Positions 13,412-27,482 of a DNA stretch of 32,000 nucleotides are shown in pieces. Position numbers and translations under genes: made by a program. Position 1 is the first letter of the stretch. Each line of letters begins with the position of its first letter. This DNA comes from Candidatus Saccharimonadota bacterium (GTDB taxonomy: Bacteria > Pseudomonadota > Gammaproteobacteria > Enterobacterales > Enterobacteriaceae): NCBI GenBank assembly GCA_002688505.1, contig CP024013.1, positions 30,001-62,000 of the forward strand, given 5' to 3'. The notes under the pieces are model-generated. The model searched no databases. It worked only from the letters and a program-made list of their open reading frames with translations, and had not been told where the DNA came from.

Positions 13412-14698
13412 TTAATTTATTTTCAATAAATTACTTATAAAAGAAACTATGTTTTTTTTATTAGAAATAATAAACTGATTATTAAAATATAAATCTTTAA
13501 TAGTAATAACTTTATTATTAAATTCTCTTTTACCTATTATTATTAATAATTTACATTTTAATTTTAAAACTCTTATAATAATTTTACTTAAATTTGTATA
13601 TTTAAAGTAATTATGATAAATATTTAAAAAATATAAATCAGAATTTAAAATTCTCTCAAATATAGAAAAACCTAATAACATAGTCTTACTATTATAGTAA
13701 GATACTATATATATATCAATATTTTTATTTATATTACTAATTAATTTATTATTTTCTTTCAAAATTAAAACTAATCTATCTAATCCTAAAGCTAATCCTA
13801 CAGACGGAATATTTAAATTATATAAATTTTTAATTAAATAATCATATCTACCACCAGCACAAATAGTATTTTGAGATGATCAAAATTTATACTTTCACTC
13901 AAAAACAACATCATTGTAATAATCTAATCCTCTAAATAAATTTTTATTAATTACAAAATCTATATTAAATTTATTTAAATAATTACACAAATTTTTAAAA
14001 TTAATTAATGATTTACTATTTAAAAAATTAATAATTCCAGGAAATTTTTTAATAAAATTAATATAATCTTCATCATTATTATCTAATTTTCTAAAAATAT
14101 CAAAATCAAATTTTATAATTTTTTTATCTTTTATAAAATAATCTTTTTTATTTAATAAATAATTTAAATTTTTAATATAATTTAATCTATCATATAAAGT
14201 ACCTATAGAATTAATTTCTAAAATAAATAAATTTTTAATATTTAATTTATCTAATAATCTATTAATAATTAATATTAATTCTAAATTAGAACTTATATTT
14301 GAATCACCAAATATTTCTAATCCAATCTGATAAAATTGTCTTAATCTACCTTTTTGGGGATTTTCATATCTAAACATTGGTCCTATATATCATAATTTAT
14401 TAAAATTATAAATATTAAATAATTTATTTTCTAAATACATTCTTACACAACTCATAGTACCTTCAGGTCTTAAACTAATATTTAATTTATTTTTATCATA
14501 AAAATTATACATTTGTTTTAAAAATAAATTATTTCTAAAAAAATCTTTATTGTATAAAGAAGTTCTTTCTAATATAGGAAATCTGACTTCATTAAAAGAA
14601 TAATTATTTATTATTGTTCTAAATTTTTTTTCTATATATTGATAAATAATAACATCATTAGGAATATAATCTTTCATTCCTTTAATAGATTTAATCAT
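13412..14698 (-). CDS. hisS: histidyl-tRNA synthetase
   Basis: Three track fragments are in one frame, joined by TGA=Trp at 14390, 13895 and 13880. [61 protein letters not shown]. About 428 aa, against 424 in E. coli. Confidence 0.93.
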
Positions 14699-14885
14699 AA
14701 ATTTATTTTTTTTTAAAATATTAATTAAAATATATAAAATTATAACTTTTTAAAAATATAAAATATATAATTTAAATATTTTTATATAAAATACAAAAAA
14801 TAAAATATTATAAATAATTTATTTATTAATATAATATATTATAAATTTAATAAAATAAATTACATTTATAATTACAATATAAAAA

Positions 14886-15509
14886 ATGAATAATATTCTA
14901 GCTATAGAATCATCTACAGAACTATGTTCTATTTCTATATTTTATAATAATAAAATATTTAATAAATATAAATATACAAAAAAAACAAATAGTAAATACA
15001 TACTTATATTAATATTTAAATTAATAAAAAAAAATAATATTAAAATAAATTTAATTAAATATTTAGCTTATAATAAAGGACCAGGTAGTTTAATGGGTAT
15101 AAGAATATCATCAATTATATGTAAAACATTTAATTTAAAATATAAAAAATTAAAAATAATAAAAATAAAAACAGAATTAATAATATCAGAAAATTATTTC
15201 TCAAAAAAAAAAAACAAAAAAAATATAATTAATATTTTAATTTATAATGATATAAATCATATTTATAATTATATATTTAAAAAAAATAAATTTTTATATT
15301 TAAAAAAAACAAAACTTATAAATCTTAATAAATATTTAAATAAAATAAAAAATAAACAAATTATAGTTAATAAATATGAAACTAAATATAAAATAATAAA
15401 ACTATTTAATATTAATTATATTAATAAAATTAAAATAATTTACCCTAAATCTAAATATATAATTAAAATTATAAATAAATATATAAATAATAAAAATTTA
15501 ATAATTTAA
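14886..15509 (+). CDS. tsaB: tRNA t6A37 biosynthesis protein TsaB (YeaZ-like)
   Basis: 207-aa ORF. ILAIESSTELCSISI resembles ILAIDTATEACSVAL. YNKGPGSLMGIRISSIICKTF resembles VGPGSFTGVRIGIGIAQGLA. The C-terminal half is very divergent. Confidence 0.7.
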   Translation: MNNILAIESSTELCSISIFYNNKIFNKYKYTKKTNSKYILILIFKLIKKNNIKINLIKYLAYNKGPGSLMGIRISSIICKTFNLKYKKLKIIKIKTELIISENYFSKKKNKKNIINILIYNDINHIYNYIFKKNKFLYLKKTKLINLNKYLNKIKNKQIIVNKYETKYKIIKLFNINYINKIKIIYPKSKYIIKIINKYINNKNLII

Positions 15510-15751
15510 TATTAATAAAATTTATAAAAAATATAATATATTAAATATTAATTATAATTTAATAAAAATATTATATATAAAAAAAAATATTTAAAATATT
15601 TTAAATAAATTTAAATTAACATATTATTATAATATATATAATATTAAAATAAATTTTATAATTAATTTAAAAATATATTAATAAAATTTTTAAAATTAAT
15701 TATATAAATATAAATAAAAAAATAATTTTTATAAAAATAAAAAAATAAAAC

Positions 15752-16990
15752 ATGAAATTAGATAAAAAAATACATAAATTAATTAATTTAGAAAAAAGAA
15801 GACAAGAAAATACTATTAATTTAATAGCTTCAGAAAATTATGTAAGTAAAAATATATTAAAAGCTCAAGGATCTATATTAACTAATAAATATGCAGAAGG
15901 ATATTATAAAAAAAGATATTATGGAGGATGTAAATATATAGATAAAATAGAAAATATAGCAATTAAAAGAGCAAAAAAATTATTTAAAGCTAAATATGTT
16001 AACGTACAACCACATTCAGGTTCACAAGCAAATTTTGCAGTATATAATGCTATTTTAAAACCAGGAGATACTATATTAGCTATGAAATTATCACATGGTG
16101 GTCATATAACACATGGTTCAAAAATAAATATATCAGGTAAAATATATAATTCTATTTTTTATAAATTAAATAAAAAAGAAAATATAAACTATAAAGAAAT
16201 AAAATTATTAGCTATAAAATATAAACCAAAATTAATAATAGCAGGATTTTCATCATTTTCAAAAATATGTAACTGAAAAAAATTTAGAAAAATATCAAAT
16301 ATAAATAATAGTTACTTATTAGTTGATATGTCACATATTGCTGGTTTAGTAGCAGCTAATTTATATCCTAATCCTATTAAATATGCACATATAGTAACTT
16401 CAACAACACATAAAACTTTAGCTGGTCCTAGAGGAGGTATAATATTATCAAGTATAAATAATAAATCTTTATATGAAAAAATTAATAAATCAATATTTCC
16501 AGGTACCCAAGGAGGACCACTTATGCATATTATAGCTTCAAAAGCTATATGTTTTAAAGAAGCATTAAATAAAAATTTTATAAAATATCAAAAACAGATA
16601 TTAAAAAATGCAAAATATATGACAAAAGTTTTTAAAAAAAATAATTTTAAAATAGTTTCAGGAAAAACACAAACCCATTTATTTTTAATTAATTTAAAAA
16701 ATAAAAATATTTCTGGTCATACTGCTGAAAAAATACTTAATAAAGTTAATATTACAGTAAATAAAAATTATATTCCAGATGATAAAAAAAATTCATTAGA
16801 AACATCTGGAATAAGAATTGGTACAGCAGCTATAACAAAACGTGGAATAAAAGAAAAAACTTCTTCATATATAGCAAAACTAATATGTAAAACATTAAAA
16901 AATATTAAAAATATAAAAATAATAAAAAAAATTAAAAATAAAATAATAAATATATGTAAAAAATTTCCTATATATAAAAAAATTATCTAG
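15752..16990 (+). CDS. glyA: serine hydroxymethyltransferase
   Basis: ORFs 15752-16276 and 16328-16990 are in one frame, joined via TGA=Trp at 16274-16276 ([23 protein letters not shown]). [23 protein letters not shown], the PLP-lysine context [14 protein letters not shown], and [11 protein letters not shown]. Confidence 0.95.
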
Positions 16991-18125
16991 TAAAATTTTT
17001 AAAAAAAATTTTAACTTTATCAAAAAAATTTTTTGATTTAGGATTATTATTTTCCTTATTATTTTTATCTAAACTAAAATTTAAATTATATAATAATTTT
17101 TTTTGATATTCATTAAGATTTACAGGAGTTTCTATATAAATTTTACATAATAAATCACCTTTAATATTGTTTTTAAATGATTTTATACCTTTATTTTTTA
17201 TCCTAAATATTTTACCAGTTTGTGTTTCAGGTGGTATTTTTAAGTTTATATTTCCTTCTAAAGTTGGAACTTCAATTTTTCCACCTAATGCAGCTATAGT
17301 AAAATTAATTGGAATTTTACAATATAAATCATTACCATCTCTATCAAAAATATCATGTTTTCTTAACTTAATACATATATATAAATCTCCAGGGTTCTTT
17401 CCAAAAGCACCTAAATTACCTTTACCAACTAACCTAATTTTATCATTATTATTAACCCCTGCAGGTATTTTAATTAAAATATCTTTCATACATCTCTCAA
17501 CACCTTCTCCTTTACAAATATAACATGGATTATTTATTATATAACATTCTCCATTACAATTAGGACAAGTTTGTTGAACAGTAAAAAAACCTTGTTTAAT
17601 CTTTAAATCTCCTGAACCTTTACAAACATTACATAAAACTTTTTTATAACCTGTTCTACATCCAGTACCAAAACATAAACTACATTTTTGTATAATATTT
17701 ACCCTAATTTTCTTAGAAATACCATATATAACATCCTCTAAATTAATAATCAAATTATATTTTATATCTGATCCTCTATTTGAAGAGGATCTATTTTTAC
17801 TTCTTTTAGTACCAAAAATATCACCAAAAACATCACCAAAAATATCACCAAAATCTCCAGAAGATGTAAAACTAGATGTAAAACTATCATCAGAAGAATT
17901 ATTAAAAGCTGAATGACCATATTGGTCATACATTGATCTTTTATTATCATTACTTAATATTTCATAAGCTTCTTTTATTTCTTTAAATTTTTCTTCATAA
18001 TATTTATTACCCTGATTTCTATCAGGATGATATTTAATAGCTAATTTTTTATAAGCTTTTTTAATTTCTGATAAATTAGCATTTTTAGATATACCTAAAA
18101 TTTTATAATAATCTTTTTTTTGCAT
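16983..18125 (-). CDS. dnaJ: molecular chaperone DnaJ
   Basis: 380-aa ORF. J domain DYYKILG...KYHPDRNQG, G/F region GDFGDIFGDVFGDIFG, four CxxCxG zinc-finger repeats. The 3' end overlaps the glyA 3' end by 8 nt (convergent). Confidence 0.95.
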   Translation of the reverse strand: MQKKDYYKILGISKNANLSEIKKAYKKLAIKYHPDRNQGNKYYEEKFKEIKEAYEILSNDNKRSMYDQYGHSAFNNSSDDSFTSSFTSSGDFGDIFGDVFGDIFGTKRSKNRSSSNRGSDIKYNLIINLEDVIYGISKKIRVNIIQKCSLCFGTGCRTGYKKVLCNVCKGSGDLKIKQGFFTVQQTCPNCNGECYIINNPCYICKGEGVERCMKDILIKIPAGVNNNDKIRLVGKGNLGAFGKNPGDLYICIKLRKHDIFDRDGNDLYCKIPINFTIAALGGKIEVPTLEGNINLKIPPETQTGKIFRIKNKGIKSFKNNIKGDLLCKIYIETPVNLNEYQKKLLYNLNFSLDKNNKENNNPKSKNFFDKVKIFFKNFTR

Positions 18126-18154
18126 ATATACCTTTTTAAAATAATATTATAAAA

Positions 18155-20071
<1,917 letters not shown>

Positions 20072-20223
20072 TTAAAATATATATATATGATATATATATA
20101 CTTACTTAATAATATCAACTATTAAAATAAAATATTTTAAAATATAAAATAAATAAATTAAAATTTTTATATATAAATAAAAATGATAAAATATTTATTA
20201 TATTTATAAATATAAAAAATAAA

Positions 20224-23025
<2,802 letters not shown>

Positions 23026-23236
23026 TTTTAAAAAAATAAATAAATAAATAATTTAAAATTATTAATAAATAAATAAAATATAAAAATTACAAAAATAAAA
23101 TAAATATAATAATATTTAATAATATAAACAAATATTTATTTTAATTAAATAATTAAAAATAAAATTATTTTAATTAAATAATAAAAATATAAAAAAAAAT
23201 TTTTAAATAAAATTTAAATATAAAATAAAATATTAA

Positions 23237-24010
23237 ATGATAATTTTAAAAAAATATTTAGGTCAAAATTTTTTAAAAAATAAAAAAATAATAAAAAAAA
23301 TTATAAAATATATTAAACCAAAAAAAAAAGAATTATTTATAGAAATAGGATGTGGTACTGGACAATTAACTAAAGAAATACTAAAATATAATCGTAATAT
23401 TATAGCAATAGAAATTGACAAAGATATAATTAAAAAAATCAATAATAATATTATTAATAAAATTAAATTATTAAATATAAATATATTATATCTTAATCTT
23501 AAAAAATATTTTAAAAAATTTAAAAAAAAAATTAGAATATTTGGTAATATACCATATAATATTTCTAGAAAATTAATAATAAAATTTATAAAAAATATAA
23601 AATATATTAAAAATATATTTATTTTAGTACAAAAAGAATTTGCACAATGTTTAATATCAAAAAAAAATACTAAAAAATATTGTAAAATAAGTATATTAAT
23701 ACAAACTTATTATAAGATTAAAATAATTTATCAAATAAATAAAAAAAATTTTTTTCCAAAACCTAAAGTTAATTCAACATTAATTATGTTAAAACCTAAA
23801 AAAAAAAATAAAGTTAACTTTATAATATTAAATCATATTATAAATAATTGTTTTATAAAAAAAAATAGAAAACTATATAATAATATTAAAAATATTATAA
23901 ATATAAATAAAATAAAAAATTTTAAAATAAATATAAATAAAAGAATTAGAAATATATCAGTAAAAAAATTTAATTATTTAACAAAAATATATAAATATAT
24001 AAAAAAATAA
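23237..24010 (+). CDS. rsmA: 16S rRNA (adenine1518/1519-N6)-dimethyltransferase
   Basis: 257-aa ORF. LGQNFLKNKKIIKKII, SAM motif EIGCGTGQLT, FGNIPYNIS, FFPKPKVNS. Confidence 0.88.
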   Translation: MIILKKYLGQNFLKNKKIIKKIIKYIKPKKKELFIEIGCGTGQLTKEILKYNRNIIAIEIDKDIIKKINNNIINKIKLLNINILYLNLKKYFKKFKKKIRIFGNIPYNISRKLIIKFIKNIKYIKNIFILVQKEFAQCLISKKNTKKYCKISILIQTYYKIKIIYQINKKNFFPKPKVNSTLIMLKPKKKNKVNFIILNHIINNCFIKKNRKLYNNIKNIININKIKNFKININKRIRNISVKKFNYLTKIYKYIKK

Positions 24011-24203
24011 AATAAATTTTAAAATTATATAATTAATATTATTTAATTAATTAAATTATTTAATTTAAATAATATAAATATTTTAAAAAATTAAATAGAA
24101 TTTATTAAAATAATATAAAAATATAAAAAATTTAATAAAAAAATTATATTTAATAAAATAAATATTTAATTAATAAAATATATTAATTATTAAATATTAA
24201 TAA

Positions 24204-24467
24204 TTAATATAATTTTTTAAATAATTTAAATAAATTAGATTTATATCTAGATGTTTTATTAATATGTATAAAACCCTTACAACTAAATTTATCTAATTTA
24301 GATTGTAAAATACGATATATTTTAATAGATTTGTTTTTATTTTTTTTCTCTATATAAAATTTAAATTTTTTTATATATGTTTTTATTATTGATTTTTTTA
24401 TATTGTTTATTTTATTTCTTTTTTTATTTACTAATATTCTTTTTTTAGATGATTTTTTATTAACCAT
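24204..24467 (-). CDS. rpsT: 30S ribosomal protein S20
   Basis: 87-aa basic ORF. The N-terminus ([20 protein letters not shown]) resembles [36 protein letters not shown] resembles KGLIHKNKAARHKANL. Confidence 0.9.
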   Translation of the reverse strand: [87 protein letters not shown]

Positions 24468-24511
24468 AATTAAAATTATTCCTTATTATAATATAAAAAA
24501 TTTAACTAAAT

Positions 24512-26197
24512 TTATCTTTTATCATTAAATTTTTTAAATACCTTAATTAAATTTAAAGTAGAACTATCTAAAAAAATTTTATTTTTTTTTATTTCTTTAT
24601 TAAAATTTAAATTATTTTTTTTAATTAAAGGATATATTAAATTAGAAACTCTCTTACCTAATTCTACTCCTAATTGATCAAAACTACAAATATTTCATAT
24701 TATACCTTGTACAAACATTTTATACTCATATAAAGCTATTAAAGTACCTAAATTATATGGATTTATTTTTTTTATTAAAAAAACATTATTAGGTCTATTA
24801 CCAAAAAATTTATTAAATTTATAATTTAAATTTTTATCTTTTGAACTATTTACATTTAATAGGATATTATCTCCAAAAGCTAAACATTGAGATTGAGATA
24901 TTAAATTTGATACTAATTTATAATAAGAATTATAAATATTATTTTTAAAACAACATTCAATAATAAAATCACATGGTATAATATTTGTACCTTGATGTAA
25001 TAATTGAAAAAAAGAATGTTGACAACAAGTACCTAAACCACCTCATATAATTGAAGAAGTATTATAATCTTTAATAATATTTCCATTACGATCAATATTT
25101 TTACCATTAGATTCCATAAATAATTGTTGTAAATATAAAGGTAAAAAAGATAATTTTTCATTATAAACTAAAACTAATTCATTTTTAAATTGAAAAAAAT
25201 TATTATATCAAATATTTATTATTGCTAATAATATTGGTATATTCATGTTTAATTTACTAAAAAAAAAATGTTTATCAATAAAATGTGCTCCTAATAATAA
25301 TTTTTTAAAATTTTTAAAACCTATATATAAAGATATAGATAAACCAAAAGCAGAACAAAATGAAAATCTACCACCTACTCAATCAGAAACAACAAAAATA
25401 TTATTATGATTTAAAATAAATTCTTTAGCTTTTATATAATTACTAGTAATAATAATAAAATGATTATTTAAAGCAAATATATTATTATCAAAATAATCTA
25501 AAACTCATTTTTTAGCTATATTAAAATTTAATATAGTTTCTTGAGTACTAAAACTTTTAGAACATACTATAAATATAGTATTTTCAGGAGATATATTAAT
25601 TAAAACATTATAAATATCATCAATATCAATATTAGAAACAAAAAACATATTAATATTACTATTTTTATATAAATTTAATGCTTTGATTATCATTCTAGGA
25701 CCTAAATCTGAACCTCCTATACCTATATTAACAATATTAATAATTTTTTTTTTATTAAAACCTAATCATTTTCCTTTTAATATATTATTAGTAAATAATT
25801 CAACTTTATTTAAATTATTATCTATAATTTTTTTTTCTTTTAACAAATGTGATTTAATGTTTTTATTTTTAATAAAATAATTATTTATATCCCTCAATAA
25901 AAAATTTAAAACAAATTTATTTTCTGTTATATTTAATATTTCACCATTAAGCATTAATGATAAATAATTATTAAAATTAATTTCATTTAATAATTCTATA
26001 AATAAATTAATAGTTTTATTATTTAATATATTTTTAGAAAAATCTATTAAAATATTTTTATTTAATAAAAAAGAAAATTTATTAAATCTATTTATATCTT
26101 CTTTAAAAAAATCTATTATATTTTTATTTTTAATATTATTAAAATGATTTAATAATTTTTTTCAACTATTAGTTTTAGTAGGATTTATATTTAACAT
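24512..26197 (-). CDS. pgi: glucose-6-phosphate isomerase; as written the frame is displaced in three blocks of about 60 nt
   Basis: Hand translation is colinear with E. coli Pgi from [12 protein letters not shown] to LDSSTLNLI...*. It includes [78 protein letters not shown] and [10 protein letters not shown]. Blocks 25441-25500, 24781-24840 and 24661-24720 carry the conserved residues one frame off. The main frame then meets TAA at 25484-86, 24833-35 and 24701-03. Gene identity is secure; intactness is uncertain (see findings). Confidence 0.88.
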
Positions 26198-26391
26198 AAA
26201 TTTTAATATTATTAATATATTATATTATATTTATATATAATAAAATTATTTATTAATATTATATATAAATTAATTATTTTAATAAATTAAATATTTAAAT
26301 AAAAAAATATTTAATTAATATATAAAATTATAAAATATTTTAAATAAATTATAAACAAAAATATTAATTATAATAAATATAATAAAATAAA

Positions 26392-27480
26392 ATGAAAAAT
26401 AAAAAGATAATTAAAATATATAAAGTAATAATTGGTTTATCAGGAGGAGTAGATTCATCTGTTACTATATGGATATTAAAACAATTAGGATATAAAATAA
26501 AATGCGTATTTATTAAATGTTGAGAATCTAATAAATGTGAAATAAAAAAAGATATTAAAGATTGTATAAAAGTATGTAAAATATTTAAAATAAAATTAAT
26601 AAAAATTAATTTATCATATGAATATTGAAATAAAGTATTTAAAAAATTTTTAAAAGAATTAAAAAAATCTAAAAATCCAAATCCTGATATATTATGTAAT
26701 AAAGAAATTAAATTTAAATTATTTATTAATTTTTCAATTAATATATTAAAATCAGATTTTATATCTACAGGACATTATGTAAGAAAATATAATAAAAAAA
26801 ATAAATTTCTACTATTAAAAGGTATAGATAAAAAAAAAGATCAAAGCTATTTTTTATATAATATTAATCAAAAACAACTTAAAAAATGTTTATTTCCTTT
26901 AGGAAATTATAAAAAAACTAATATTAGAAAAATAGCTATAAATTTAAATTTACCTAATGCTTACAAAAAAGATTCAACAGGAATATGTTTTATAGGAAAA
27001 AAAAAATATAATTTATTTATAAGAAAATATATAAAAAAAAAAATAGGTAAAATTATAAAAAAAGAAGATAAAAAAATAATAGGTATACATAAAGGACTAT
27101 TTTTATACACAATAGGTCAAAGAAAAAACTTAAATTTACAAATAAATTATAACAAACCTTTATATGTATTAAAAAAAAATAAAAATAATAATGAACTAAT
27201 AGTATGTGAAAAAAATAATAAAAAATTATATAATAAAATTTTTATATTAAAAAAAATTTATTTTATACATATAAAAAATAAAAAAAAAATATTAAAATGT
27301 AAAGTAAAAACTAGATATCAACAAAAATTAACAAAATGTAAAATACTTTTTTTAAAAAAAAATAAAATTAAAATTATTCTTCAAAAAAGAATATTTGCAA
27401 TAACTCCAGGACAAAGTGCAGTATTTTATAAAAAAGAAATATGTTTAGGAGGAGGTATAATATATAAAATATATAATTAA
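26392..27480 (+). CDS. mnmA: tRNA 2-thiouridine(34) synthase MnmA
   Basis: Absent from the ORF track (TGA codons near the 5' end, then no internal start codon). Hand translation gives 362 uninterrupted codons: PP-loop [17 protein letters not shown] (W=TGA), [49 protein letters not shown]. Confidence 0.92.
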
Positions 27481-27482
27481 TA

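Noticed and set aside
17818-17884. Short tandem DNA repeats inside dnaJ: a tcaccaaaaa-type unit three times and agatgtaaaact twice.
   Set aside because: They encode the Gly/Phe-rich linker (GDIFGDVFGDIFG, FTSSFTSS), which is typical of DnaJ. The repeat is in frame and is not an independent element.
23137-23182. 17-nt direct repeat tattttaattaaataat (23137-23153 and 23166-23182) in the ileS-rsmA spacer, and small A/T palindromes such as aattttaaaatt downstream of rsmA. These are possible operators or terminators.
   Set aside because: In spacers that are almost 100 percent A+T, repeats and palindromes of this size are expected by chance. There is no G+C-stabilised stem or conserved box to support a function.
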